DNA of 64,000 nucleotides, taken from Octopus vulgaris (Eukaryota). The DNA is taken from NCBI GenBank assembly GCA_951406725.2, contig OX597835.1, forward strand, positions 38,316,001 through 38,380,000, given 5' to 3'. Both the position numbers and the translations under genes were made by a program. Shown one piece after another: positions 11,987 through 25,516 of the stretch (positions are counted from its first letter, which is position 1; every line of letters begins with the position of its first letter). The notes beneath the pieces were generated by a model that was given only the letters and a program-made list of their open reading frames with translations, did not search any database and was not told the DNA's origin.

Positions 11987-12690
11987 TCTCGAGAAACACG
12001 GGGCCGACCTGCCCGAGATGCGGTCAGAGCGACGAAACCGTTCTGCACGCACTCATGCAGTGTCCAACAATCTCCGACCTGTGGGCTTATGTCGAACGAC
12101 TGTCACGTGTGGGTTGTCTCGGTTTATCAGCCGAGTCTATCGTTAATATCGTCACGCCTCCTTCCTTCAAACGGGAAGGAAGAGCTATTTTCATCATCCT
12201 TGTAGCTATGGCGAAAGAATGTATCTGGTGGACGCGTCTGAAAGGATTAGTGACAAACACTTTCCTCTCTGGTCAATCTCTCATCAACTTCTTCAAGTAT
12301 CACTTGAAAAGGAAAGTGAGAGTAGAGAGGCAAGTTTTGTCTAGGGAATGTTTAAAAAAAGATGGGTGAATGTAGCAAGGATGGCACGTATGAATGACGA
12401 AGCCACCTTGACCATAATCCTATGAACCCGGAAAAATTTAAAACAGAGTGTTACCTACTTGCAAACAAATGTGGTAACATGCAACATTATTGACCGAGGT
12501 TACCGTGGTCTTTTCCGTAGGCTATTCTTTCCACGGATAAACCTTATCTGCTTCCCCCTTTACACTTTACACCGTGACATTTCTGTGATACACGATCCTT
12601 ATTGATCGTTTTTTCTTTTCCTTTTTTTCTTTCCCCTTTTTTTCTTTCCCTTTTACGATCCCTTTTGATCGAAAACCTACCCCACTTTTT
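11987..12690 (+). mobile_element. Tx1/L1-clade LINE 3' fragment (zf-RVT C-terminus + 3' UTR)
   Basis: Highly similar to the reverse complement of 45870-46660 (CPRC..DETVLHAL.QCP..WWTR); ends in tctatctatg. Confidence 0.88.
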
Positions 12691-12932
12691 TCTATCTATG
12701 AGTGTGTTCGTTCGTTTATGTATATACAGGATACACAAGTTCAAGTCCTATACGCAGCCTTCGACTTGTATCCAAGGTGTTTTTAACTCAATATTTACAC
12801 GCTGTTATTTATAGCTTTATCTGCTTCAAGATTGACCGTTTTCATAATTGTATGTACGTATATATGTATGTAGATAGATAGATAGATTCATATATAAACA
12901 CATACTCATAATTCGCATAGAATATGTATTAA

Positions 12933-13005
<73 letters not shown>

Positions 13006-13339
13006 TATATATGCATACACGTACTCATAATTCGCATAGAATTGGCCAGATATTTTGTGAAGAGCAATTTAGAATTGCGAAATCGATAGCCAAAGTACCG
13101 TTAACCACACATATGCTTTAACACACATGTCCATCACACATACACAAGCTCTCACGCGCACACACTCACACACACACCCACCCACACACACACCCACACA
13201 CACACCTACATACGCATATTAACCATGAAATAAGCTATTTTTCAAGATGGATAGTGAAATGAGACAGAAATAACGAGACGGAAAGCCACAAAGTGAAACC
13301 TATGATAGACAGACTGCTGGCATTCCTGCAGAGAGGGAC

Positions 13340-14430
13340 AGTGAGAGGGAGAGAGAGAGAGAGAGAGGGAGAGAGAGAGAAAGATAGACTGAGAGAGGGA
13401 GAGATAAAGAAAGAGTGACAGAGAGTGTGAAAAAACATGTATAAGAAAGAGAGAGTGAGAGAGTTAGAAAGAGTTAGAGAGAGTAGAAAAGAGAGTGTGA
13501 GAGAGAGAATGAGAGCATTTGTAAGAAAGAACGAGAGAGAGAGAGTGAGTGAGTGAGAGGGTGAGACAGAGAGAGACAGAGAGTAAGGGGGCATGTAAGA
13601 AAGAGAGTGAGAGTGTGAAAGAGTGAGAGTGTGAAAGAGTGAGAGTGTGAAAGAGATAGAAACAGTGTCAAATAATGAGAGAGAGAGAGAGAGAGAGAGA
13701 ATGTATGTGCGAGGAAGAGGGACTGCTTGAGAGGAAAAGGGTAAGTGTGAGAGAAAGAGTGAGAGCGTATTAAAGTGTGTGTGAGAGAGAGTGAGAGCGT
13801 ATTAAAGTGTGTGAGAGAGAGAGGGCGTGTGACAGTAAGAGTGAAAGAATGAAAGAGAGGGAGAAGGAGATGATAAGAGAAAGAGAAGAATGATAGAAGG
13901 GGAAAATAGATAAAGAGAGAGAAAATATAAGAGCGGGGGGAAATGATAAGAAAGAAGAAAAAGAAACAAAGAGAGAGGGGGGAGGGAGAGAGGGGGAGAG
14001 AGAGAGAAGGATGAGAGAAGGGGGAAATTAGAGGGAAAGAAAATGAGAGTGCGTGAGAGTGTATGTGTGTGTATGTGAAAGAGAGAGAGAGTGAGAGAGA
14101 GAGAGAGAAAAAATATGAGAAATAGAGTGAGAGAGAGAGAGAGAGAAAATATGAGAGATAGAGTGAGAGAGAGAGAGAGAAAATATGAGAGATAGAGTGA
14201 GAGAGAGAGAGAGAAAATATGAGAGATAGAGTGAGAGAGAGAGAGAGAAAATATGAGAGATAGAGTAAGAGAGAGAGAGAGAAAATATGAGAGATAGAGT
14301 AAGAGAGAGAGAGAGAAAATATGAGAGATAGAGTGAGAGATGATAACAGAAAACAATAAGAAACAGAGAGAGAGATAGACAGAAGGATGAGAGAAGGTGA
14401 AAAATACAAGGAAAGAAACTGAGAGAGAAT

Positions 14431-14469
<39 letters not shown>

Positions 14470-14495
14470 GGAGAGAGAGAGAGAGAAAGAGAGAA
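13340..14495. repeat. (GA)-rich tract with ~30-32 bp minisatellite at 14090-14340
   Basis: Unit (GA)n-AAATATGAGAGATAGAGT repeated about 8 times. Confidence 0.9.
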
Positions 14496-15027
14496 ACCGA
14501 GCTTAGGCTTTACTATTGTCAATGATATGCCGGAATATATAGTTTGTATGTATGTGTGTGTGTGTGTGCTTGTGTGTGCGTGCTTGTGTGTGCTTGTGTG
14601 TGTGTGCGCAGCAAATAACCGGAAGGCATATTTTATAACTGTCTTCCAGTGATATTCATCATATTTACAAATGGACATTGAGAGCATTGTATCCATTATA
14701 TTTCTATGATGATCTATGGCCACAGATGAGGAAGATAATTAGCTATTTAAGTTAGAGAAGTTTGCCGGAGACATCACTACTATACAGCGGTAGTATTATA
14801 TAAAATACACACGCGCACACATATATATATACTATGTGGGTGTTTGTGTAATGGTAGTAGGAAAATGGTGGAATCCAAGGAAACTAGCGATATTCTGCGA
14901 CAACAAATATTAATACAGTCTGTTCAAATAGTTGGAATGAAGTTTGTACCGTGAAGAAGAAGAGAAGCGAAGCGAGCGTTTCCGGTAGAACAAACTCATC
15001 GAAGAATTCTACCAAGCCAGCCGATCT

Positions 15028-15028
15028 C

Positions 15029-15127
<99 letters not shown>

Positions 15128-15142
15128 TGATGATAATAATAG
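15028..15142. repeat. (AAT)n microsatellite
   Basis: Direct reading. Confidence 0.97.
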
Positions 15143-15215
15143 TTTCAAATTATATCCAGCTTGTTGCCTCTTTTGCCAGTTCTTTCTAAATTTGGTAGAA
15201 AGCCAGGAATATAGA

Positions 15216-15819
15216 GCGGCGAGCTGGCAGAAACGTTAGCACGCCGGACGAAATGCTTAGCAGTATTTCGTCTGCCGTTACGTTCTGAGTTCAAATTCCG
15301 CCGAGGTCGACTTTGCTTTTCATCCTTTCGGGGTCGATAAATTAAGTACCAGTTACGCTCTGGTGTCGATATAATCGACTTAATCCGTTTTTCTGTCTTT
15401 GTTCGTCCCTTCCCTTCTGTGTTTGGCCCCTTGTGGGTAATAAAGAAATAGGTATTTCGTCTGCCGTTACGTTCTGAGTTCAAATTCCGCCGAGGTCGAC
15501 TTTGCCTTTCATCCTTTCGGGGTCCATAAATTAAGTACCAGTTACGCTCTGGGGTCGATGTAATTGACTTAATCCCTTTGTCTGTCCTTGCTAGCCCCCT
15601 CTATGTTTGGCCCCTTGTGGGTAGTAAAGAAATAGGTATTTTGTCTGCCGCTACGTTCTGAGTTCAAATTCCGCCGAGGTCGACTTTGCCTTTCATCCTT
15701 TCGGGGTCGATTAAATAAGTACCAGTTACGCACTGGATTCGATGTAATCGATTTAATCCCTTTGTCTGTCCTTGTTTGTTCTCTCTGTGTTTAGCCCCTT
15801 GTGGGTAGTAAAGAAATAG
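15216..15819 (+). mobile_element. SINE family B trimer (head + three ~184 bp bodies) with ~19 bp TSD
   Basis: Junctions gaaatag|gtattt at 15451/2 and 15635/6; flanks ggtagaaagccagga(a/g)tat at 15194-15212 and 15819-15837. Confidence 0.9.
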
Positions 15820-16069
15820 GTAGAAAGCCAGGAGTATTAGCGGGAGGGAGTAAATCGTGTACAGCATTCTCAATACTTGATTAGTAATATTTTACCGACC
15901 CTGAAAGAGTCAAAGGTAAAATCGAGCTTGGCTGGATTTGAACTCAGAAATTAATGATCCGGAGGAAATGCTACTAATCATTTTGTGCAAGTAATTCGGC
16001 TAACTCATCGCTTTCCACCGCTCTATAATAATAATTATTATTTCTTTCCATTTATGTATCTATTTATGT

Positions 16070-16286
16070 GTGTGTGCGGGGGGTGTCTGTGTTTGTCTCC
16101 CTCCGCCATCGCTTGACAACCCATGCTGGTGTGCTTATGTCCCCGTAACTTAGCGGTTCGACAAAAGAGAATAAGTACTAAGTTTACAAAGAAGACGTCC
16201 TGGGGTCAATTTATTTCACTAAAACCCTTCAGGGTGGTGCTCCAGCATGGCTGTAGTAAAATGACTGAAACAATAAAAGAATATAA

Positions 16287-16290
<4 letters not shown>
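16070..16290 (+). mobile_element. SINE family A 3' half
   Basis: catcgcttgacaacc..gtgctccagcatggc..atgactgaaac. Confidence 0.8.
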
Positions 16291-16325
<35 letters not shown>

Positions 16326-16537
16326 TAAGAAAATGGAGGAACAAATTCATTTCGATCATCAACTTACGGCTATTACAAGTTCATATTATTTATTAATTAT
16401 ACAAATAGGAACATGGAAATTGAACAAAATAATATACATCAATATGCAAATTAATAATAAAATAGAAATAATACAAATAAACTGCTCCTTACAGCTGTTT
16501 CAGCCTATGGTCAAGAGACAAACCCCTATCTTACTTT

Positions 16538-16579
<42 letters not shown>

Positions 16580-16580
<1 letters not shown>

Positions 16581-16949
16581 GAGCAAGACGCCACATCCGT
16601 CCAATGGACGGCGCTGAGTTGTCAAACATTTAAACCAAATTTTCTCAAAACAACTTGTCCGACCGTCCCATAGGCCTACCCTTTGAGAAACACTGATTTA
16701 GCCTAAATTTGAGACACCAGCAAAAAAAGAAATAAAGATAGATTTTTTTCTATTCTAAAGAAAAACGATTTTATTCACTTTATCGATCGCATTCTCACAC
16801 GGAATCGATTTTTGTAATTTTTTCAAGACTTATACATGCTCTGATACCGTCGGTGTCTACGTATCAAATTTGAGCGCAATCAGATGGAGGATGCCCGAGA
16901 TCATAGAAGACACACACACACACAGTCAGAACGGATTTTATATAATAGA
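16580..16949 (-). mobile_element. Non-autonomous Helitron (second family)
   Basis: Minus strand starts a|TCtattatataaaa, has subterminal hairpin ccgtcc-att-ggacgg, and ends CTCG|t (CTRR-like). Confidence 0.65.
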
Positions 16950-16969
16950 TATATATATGAAGAGAGGGG

Positions 16970-17231
<262 letters not shown>

Positions 17232-19061
17232 GAGGGGATTGGACAAATATAATGGAAACACCATTTTTTTTATTTAAATATTTTCTCTAAAGGTGGTGCT
17301 CCAGCATGGCCACTGTCAAATGGCTAAAATTAGTTAAAGAATAGCCACATGACAAATTGATAACTGTTCATACGCTTTACGTATCCTTTGTACTTAATGA
17401 TATAGCACTCTGGAATTCTCTTTTGGTGGTGTTGAGCGGAGCGTTGTAGATATTGATGTTTAAATACGCAATAAGATGCATTGTTGAAGCTCGGTGGGGA
17501 GGATAAAGCTTCAGTCATTAAAACTATTGAATTGTTTAATGTTTCGTGAGGTATAGAGAGTCTAACATCATGTTGGCCATTTGAAACCAAGAGAAAAAGC
17601 AGCTCTGGTTTAGCATAATTCAGGACGAAAGACAAAGCTCGTAGAGTGGGACCGCAGAATAGTGAAACGTCTTGTACGTAGAAACCTATTTCTTTACTAC
17701 CCACAAGGGGCTACACACAGAGGGGACAAACAAGAACAGACAGACGGATTAAGTCGATTATATCAACCCCAGTGCGTAACTGGTACTTATTTAATCGACC
17801 CCGAAAGGGATGAAAGGCAAAGTTGACCTCGGTGGAATTTGAACTCAGAACGTAGCGGCAGATGAAATACTTATTTCTTTACTACCCACATGGGGCTAAA
17901 CGCAGAGAGGACAAACAAGAACAGACAGACGGATTAAGTCGATTACATCGATCCCAGTGCGTAACTGGTACTTATTTAATCGACCCCGAAAGGGATGAAA
18001 GGCAAAGTCGACCTCGGCGGAATTTGAACTCAGAGCGTAGCAGCAGACGAAATACCAGTAGGCATTTCACCCGGCGTGCTAACGTTTCTGTCACCTCACC
18101 GCCTTGAAACCATCGGACTACTATAGCAAAGATGGCAGCAGAACTAAACCCCCTTGTATCAACCAAACTCTTTTGTTGTGGGCTCCATCGAGTTGGATAA
18201 ATGTGAAGGATTACAATTGCTAAACTTCTGTCTGTCATCAACATTGCCAGGCGAAAGAAAATGATGCCTGAACTATCAGAAATTGTCAATGACAGAATCG
18301 AACGATGTCCTCTATGATGAATCGTCATCCACCCTTTTCCCCCCATATAGTGTGAGACTTTGTCTGGATACAGCCCAAAGAAACCTTTAACCCTATCATG
18401 AAGCCACATCACAGAATTTTCGTGGCCCTTTAGTTGGTCTACTTGGCAGCATTAAAACAAAGGATTTTATGAGTATTTCAGCAGATCATGTCCGTCGTTT
18501 GCTGAAAAACATTACACCCTGACGATTGGATGATAGCACAATATTCCGGGTCTATAATGAACCAACTCATACAACTAATGTTATTTGAAATTGGTATGGC
18601 GTGCACAAAGGACGAAGTCGATCTGCTTGATTGACCCTCCACAATCACTGGATCTCAATATAATCAAATATCTATGGTGCATTTTGGACCAGTAAGCAAG
18701 GCTTCACTTCCCTTGTACGTCGTCACCGAAGGAACTAAAACAAGTTTTACATAAAGGATACCTCAAAATTCCTTTAACAACCGTTCAGAACCTGCGCAAG
18801 TCGATTTCTCAACATATTAAAACTGTGACTGATGCGAAAGTTAAACCAAATCTTTATAAAATAATCTTTTCTGTGGTAGGCACAAGGCTTGAAGTAGTGA
18901 AGGAAGGGAGAAATCGATGATATCGACCTCAGTGCTAGACTGGTACTTATTTTATCGACGGTGAAAGAATGTAAAGCCGGGAGAAATGCCGCTTATTTAG
19001 GACGCCATATTAAGTAATAAAACTGCATTTAACAAGCTTTCAGTGTTTTGTCTAACCACTG
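17232..19061 (+). mobile_element. Older, interrupted Tc1 element related to 10685-11963
   Basis: Left TIR ggggattggacaaatataatggaaacacc; decayed transposase (NSGRKTKL..DRRIVKRLVRRN|HRTTIAKMAAEL, DESSSTLFP, VWIQPKE, PPQSLDLNIIKYLW); degenerate right TIR at ~19035-19061. Confidence 0.75.
17687..18105 (-). mobile_element. SINE family B dimer inserted in the Tc1 ORF
   Basis: Two bodies + head; flanking direct repeat gaaacc at 17681-17686 and 18106-18111; the Tc1 reading frame resumes across the insertion. Confidence 0.88.
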
Positions 19062-19132
19062 CATGTGTATATATATATATATATATATATATGGGTATGA
19101 GTAAGTATCTCATTTATTTCTTTTGCCACATT

Positions 19133-19185
19133 TATCACTGACGAAGGGAGGGCTCTTATGAGCTAACCCTGAAATCGGTCCGATA
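19133..19185 (+). ncRNA. Type I hammerhead ribozyme motif (near intact)
   Basis: tatca-CTGACGA-aggg..ccct-GAAA-tcgg-TC-cgata; one mismatch at the base of stem I; lies ~40 bp from (TA)n. Confidence 0.65.
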
Positions 19186-19615
19186 TGGTAATAATGGCAT
19201 TTTTTAGAAATTTCTGTAGACTTTCTTTCGAGTAGCGTGCGTATTGTGAAAAAATTATATGGTTAATAGACAATATGTCCAATTTTTCGGCATATTTGGC
19301 ATTAGAAATGTTTTCGTTTGCCCTTATTTATGAATTGTTTATAAATTTAACCTTTAAAGGTATTTTTTAATATGCTGGCCATTGATGAATTATTTTTCGA
19401 AAAAGATTTTATCCTACATTAGATATATATATATATAATGTTGGCAAACGAAATGGAAATAAGGATATATGTATTGTCCGTTTGATGGAAGACTTCTATA
19501 AATGGCTGAAGATTGCTCAACATTTAAAAACTCATGTAATACTTACAATGTTTAATAAAATGAAGTAGCATGAAATGATTGTACCAAATTACCTAAGATA
19601 TACTTCTGGCTTATT

Positions 19616-19680
<65 letters not shown>

Positions 19681-19948
19681 TACATACGCTAGCATATATG
19701 TAGTGTGCATACATACACACTATTCAGACATCAACATACATGCGTATAGGCATTCAAGTATGCAAATATAGATGATGCTTTCATACACAGAAATATATGC
19801 ATAGGCAACATGCACACAACTGCACACATACAGATTGATATACACAAACATAACACAAAATACACGCATACAAACATGTTTATGTATAGACGTATATATG
19901 CACACGTACAAACATGAACACTCACATACACAAATATACATACATACA

Positions 19949-19981
<33 letters not shown>

Positions 19982-20000
19982 TTATATATATGTATATATG

Positions 20001-20065
<65 letters not shown>

Positions 20066-20434
20066 GTATGTATTGTTTGTTTTTGCACTGATAATTTTTA
20101 TCGTTTCGGACTAAATTCTTATTTAATTAGCATTCCATAATCCTCTGTTAATCCGTGGATTATTGATTTAATCCGCTCAGCTTGACTGTCTGGAATAAAT
20201 GGAAGACAGCATTAGCAAAAATGATAATTGGAAAATTACACGGTGATTAAGAGATGGTCTGGAGGCAGAGCAGGGCACAGGTGATTTGTTCTGGCGGCGG
20301 TAGTAGTGTTGGTGGTGATCATAATGGGCTTGATGGCGGTAGTGGTGGTAGTAGTGGTGAGCAAAGTTGAAGTGCACTGTAGGGGAAGCGGATGTTGTAT
20401 TGTCTGTTGTGGGGTGTTTTGGCGGTAAAGTTCT

Positions 20435-20471
<37 letters not shown>

Positions 20472-20615
20472 CAGCAGTAGCAGTAGCAGTAGTAGTAGTT
20501 GTAGTGGTAGCAGTAGTAGTAGTAGTATTAGCAGTAGTAGTAGTAGTAGTTGTAGTAGCAGTAGTAGTAGTAGTTGTAGTAGTGGTAGTAGTAGTAATAG
20601 TAGTAGTAATAGTAA

Positions 20616-20654
<39 letters not shown>

Positions 20655-20750
20655 CAGTAGCAGTAGTAGTATAAGTAGTAGCAGTATAAGTAGTGGCAGC
20701 AGCAGCAGCAGTCGTAGTAGTAGTAGTGGCGGCGGTGGTGGTAATTATTA
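20435..20750. repeat. (AGT/AGC)n microsatellite
   Basis: Direct reading. Confidence 0.95.
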
Positions 20751-20964
20751 TTATATACGTTGATCAGTCCCAGCCGAATAGGCTTATTATCTAAAAGCGT
20801 TCCGACCGTGACCACCACAACTTTGCTTCTGATACTGTGTCCAATACAACAATATCCAATGGATCGTTTCCCAGTAGTTTTAAAGACAGTGAGATGAATT
20901 TTGAGCGATATTTCGCTGCTTCTTCTAGCTGGTCGAGTGTCCATGTTGAGGCCTTTCTCAACCG

Positions 20965-21600
20965 TGGAGGTGGTTGGTGGGGGCGGGGGTTGCCTTTGTA
21001 GAATGTGATGGATGATAATGTGATGGTGGCGGTTGGGATTGGAGGGTGGTAGTGGGAGGATTGGAGAGTGTGGTAGTGGTGGTGATAAAGTGGTAAGAGC
21101 GAGGATGAAAATTTGTGTTGGTGGTGGTGGTGGTGGTGGTGGTGATGGTGATGGTATAGGTAGCGTTGCTGTTGATGGTCGTGGTTTGTGGTGGCTGTAG
21201 AGGAGGCGGCGGCAGTGGTGGTGGTGGTCGTGGTGGTAGTGATGGTAGTGGTAGTGATGGTGGTGGTGGAGGTGAAGGTGATGGTGATGTTGGTGGAGGT
21301 GATGGTATAGGTAGCGTTGCTGTTGATGGTCGTGGTTGTGGTTCGTGGTGGCGGTAGAGGCGGCGGCGGCGGCGGTGGCGGTGGTGGTGGTGGTAGTGAT
21401 GGTGGTAGTGGTGGTAGTGGTGGTCATGGTGGTGGTGGTAGTGGTGGAGGTGAAGGCGATGGTAGTGTTGATGGAGGTGATGGTATGGATAGCGTTGCTG
21501 TTGATGGTCTTGGTCGTGGTTGTGGTTTGTGGTGGTGGCGGCGGCGGCGGTGGTGGTGGTGGCGGCGGCGGCGGTGGTGGTGGTGGTGGTGGATTTAGTT
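20965..21600. repeat. (GGT)-rich tract with ~150-180 bp higher-order tandem repeat
   Basis: gatggtat(a/g)g(g/a)tagcgttgctgttgatggtc recurs at ~21150, 21301 and 21479. Confidence 0.85.
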
Positions 21601-22336
21601 GTGGTCTTTTTTTTAGTGAGCTGCATTATTTGTTTTTTTTCTTTTTATGGTTATCTATATTATAATTATATCGAAAGAAGAAAAATTAATTTATAGTGGT
21701 GTAGGATGAATAGGGGAAGAGGTTGCAAGGTTCATCCGAAGGATTAGGGTCACATGAGTTTAAGAAATGTGTGAACAAGTATATATGTGAACGAGTGTAT
21801 ATACAAACGAGGGTATGTTAGGGCGGTGGGGGGGGGGGTCTGACGAATCAATCTATCCATCAATTTTTCTTTTTCTATCGACTTATTTTCTTAAGACACA
21901 ATAGTTGGGAACCAGTAACGCCCTGGGGTTACTGCTCCACACTTGAATACTATGTGCGTTGATAGAGCGGGGTTTTGCCCTCATCTGTCCTTCAAAGTGC
22001 CAGCAGCACTAAGAAGACCTGTCAATGACCTTTACTTCCTGCTTTAAGGAATCTGTGGGACACATATATCATCCGATTATAGCGACTCCAGTTCTTGACA
22101 CCAACTTTATCTTGTCAACGCCAGTAGGAGAAAAAGCAAAGTGGATAGCAGTAAAATTTGAACTTAACAGGTAAAGAGCTGGGAAAAAGACAAGGTGTGT
22201 TGTCCGACACACAAACGTATCGGACAAAATGTTTAACTCTACACTATCCAAAACATGTTCCTGTTAAGTACGGCCTCCACCCTGCTCTAAGCTCTTTAAA
22301 TTCGATAGCGGGACTAATTCAGTGCACACCATATAC

Positions 22337-22729
22337 CTATTTCTTTACTACCCACAAGGGGCTAAACACAGAGAAGACAAACAAGGACAGACAAACGGAT
22401 TAAGTCGATTATATCGACCCCAGTGCGTAACTGGTACTATTTAATCGACCCCGAAAGGGATGAAAGGCGGAATTTGAACTCAGAACGTAGCGGCAGACGA
22501 AATACCTATTTCTTTACTGCCCACAAGGGGCTACACACAGAGGGGACACACAACGACAGACAAACGGTTTAAGTCGATTACATCGACCTCAGTGCGTAAC
22601 TGGTACTTATTTAATCGACCCCGAAAAGATGAAAGGCAAAGTCGACCTCGGCAGAATTTGAACTCAGAACGTAGCGGTAGACGAAATACAGCTAAGCATT
22701 TCGCCCGGTGTGCTAACGTTTTTGCCAGC
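22337..22729 (-). mobile_element. SINE family B dimer
   Basis: Junction gaaatac|ctatttc at ~22499-22512; imperfect TSD gcacac(ca/tg)tatacc. Confidence 0.88.
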
Positions 22730-23140
22730 ACACTGTATACCACTCGCAAATCTTTCACATAAGAGTAGCTTATATCTCTATAAGACCACCATTTTACCTT
22801 GCATTCAATATTTCTGTCAACTTTAAACCGATTCCTCCTCTGATTGTCTTGATCGAATTCAGAATCAGTCTGTCAACATGTTGAGTCTTCTTCTTTCTAC
22901 TAGGCTGAGGTCATTGGCTCATCACCGAAATATATCCTTGTTGTGTCTTTTCTATAAGTATTTCCATGGCCGTTGCTCTGATGAACTTTCTGGCCTAGTG
23001 CCCTCTGTCAAGACTTTTAAACACGTCGTCTGCTCCTCTTCCCGGCCATATTATCTCTCTGTTGAGCTTCCTGTTAATCAGAAGCCCCTTTATTCTAATA
23101 GCTTCTTTCTTCAATCTCGATCGTCAAAGCATTTCACATC
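22730..23140 (+). pseudogene. Decayed CR1-group LINE ORF2 C-terminal region (probably extends upstream to ~21950)
   Basis: LYKTTILPCIQY..LDRIQNQ..LRSLAHHRNISLLCLFYKYFHGRCSDEL..YSNSFF resembles the post-RT motif LYK..IRP.MEY..LDRVQ..L.SL..RR....L.LFY+YFHG.CS.EL. Confidence 0.75.
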
Positions 23141-23615
23141 TTAAGAAAAGAGTTATCAAGGCATTTACAGTGCAGAGTTTTATTGTTTCTTTTTGTTCTA
23201 ACTAATATTATAATTCCTAAATACCTTTCAATATATGAAAAAGTACTAAATGTTGAGTAATTATCCTTACAATACTAGAATAGATTGAACCAACAAAGTG
23301 CTGTAGAGAAAAGTTACAAATATAACGAGCAAATATGAAATTAGGAATAAATAAATAACTATCGATGTTGCGTCAACACGAATGTGATTTTTGAATTTAG
23401 TGGCGAAAAATGCAAATATGAATATTAAAAATTACGAAAAGACAAAACATGTGTTACATTGTGTTATTAGTCATTTCTTTTACACTTGTTTCAACGAAAA
23501 CTCAAATTAGAGACATTTAACTGTTAATTAAAAAACTGAAATACTTATTTCTTCACTGGAGTATACTACAGGAATGAACGGATTATATTCATGTTATAAA
23601 TCATAAGAAAATGTA

Positions 23616-24030
23616 GGCGGCGAGCTGGCAGAAACGTTAGCACGCCGGGCGAAATGCGTAGCCGTATTTCGTCAGCCATTACGTTCTGAGTTCAAATTCC
23701 GCCGAGGTCGACTTTGCCTTTCATCCTTTCGGGGTCGATAAATTAAGTACCAGTTACGCACTGGGGTCGATATAATCTATTTAATCCGTTTGTCTGTCCT
23801 TGTTTGTCCTCTCTGCGTTTAACCCCTTGTGGGTAGTAAAGAAATAGGTATTTCGTCTGCCACTACGTTCTGAGTTCAAATTCCGCCGAGGTCAACTTTG
23901 CCCTTCATCCTTTCGGGGTCGATTAAATAAGTACCAGTTACGTACTGGGGTTGATATAATCGACTTAATCCGTTTGTCTGTCGTTGTATGCCCCTTCTGT
24001 ATGTAGCCCCTTGTGGGTAGTAAAGAAATA
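23616..24030 (+). mobile_element. SINE family B dimer with perfect 19 bp TSD
   Basis: gttataaatcataagaaaa at 23593-23611 and 24031-24049; junction gaaatag|gtatttcg at 23847/8. Confidence 0.92.
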
Positions 24031-24628
24031 GTTATAAATCATAAGAAAAAGTTTTTCTTCTATATTTAAGTATTCCTTTTTCTTTCCTCCTTTTTATAAA
24101 ACAGATCAGTATTACACTTACAATCAAAAATAAATGACTTCTTCATCAATTGCATTCTCCAACACAGACACATGATGAGACTGAACTCATTCAATCGGGC
24201 TATTTTTACCCCTAACACATATCGCCCAACAAAGTTAATGGCTTACAGAACCATCTATCCAAGATAATGAGGTCCTGATCGAAGTTGAAAGTGTTTGACA
24301 TCAATCTTTTCATATTTCTCATCATACAATCTTTTCGGTCACAATTACCACATAAACGCAAACTGTCTGTCAATCTCGGTCAAGAGAAAGCAACGAAGTG
24401 TTCACCGTGATGGAAAATGAGTTTGTCATCTTTTCGTGATCTTCTAAAAAAACCATAAACTTTTCTCGTAAAAGATCACTTCCCATAATGTGACCTTGGC
24501 TTCCCTGCACGAGGGAAAACAACACAGTACGGAAACAACTATTCCGTCCAATCTAACCTGAAACTAAGCAACAAAATATAAAACAAAAACAATAACTTTA
24601 AACATACATATAAATATATGTATATGCA

Positions 24629-24734
<106 letters not shown>

Positions 24735-25008
24735 TATATATGTAGTATAAAATTAGAAAAAAACACATTTTCATCAATTCAAAATGAACAATTAAATTAC
24801 ACCATCTAGAAAATTACATATAGTAGAAAAAATTAAAATTGAAATAACAATAACATACCGATGATTAAGTAAATTGCAAAATATGGTAAAAACGTATATA
24901 TTTGGTAGAATAACGACACGTGTTTCGTGGCTATATTTAAGAAATGTATATATATGTATGCATTTATATATATATAAATATATATGCATATATATATATA
25001 TATATATA

Positions 25009-25404
25009 CTAGCAGTATCGCCCGGCGTTGCTCGGGTTTGTAAGGGAAATAACTATATAAGCATTTTTAGAGAGTTATAGCCAAAAAATAGCAAAAAAAT
25101 GCATTAAAAATGGAAAAAAAATTAAAGTAAATTTTTTAAAAATCGTTGACACATCGTAGATATTTTTAGAGAGTTACTTCCCTTATATAATAGCGAAAAA
25201 ATGCATTAAAATGGAAAAATATGATGGTAAATTTTTTTTAAATCGTAGACTCATCGTAGACGCGCGCTAATACCCAGAAGGGCTCGATATGAATCACAAC
25301 TATAAGATACCCGGTTTTGGTTACACTGCACCGCAAAATGTGGGAGTAGTTAGGAATCTAAATCGTAGGAGACAAACACACAACTTCACTTTTATATATA
25401 AAGA
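25009..25404 (-). mobile_element. Non-autonomous Helitron (family 1)
   Basis: Minus: a|TCtttatatataaaagtgaag..cccgagcaacgccggg hairpin..CTAG|t; internal ~100 bp tandem duplication; matches 31781-32077. Confidence 0.88.
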
Positions 25405-25516
25405 TATAAGTCACGTAGTTATATACACATACTTTGTTATATACACATTCTTAAAAGAAAATGTTATTTTGAACACAACATTTATAAAGAATAAAATATT
25501 TTTGGGTTTTTCTTAA

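Noticed and set aside
14090-14340. Regular ~31 bp repeats suggesting a CRISPR array
   Set aside because: No unique spacers, no cas genes, eukaryotic context
13474-14723. Long Leu/Ser-rich ORFs (311, 231, 184 aa)
   Set aside because: Products of (TC)n minisatellite sequence
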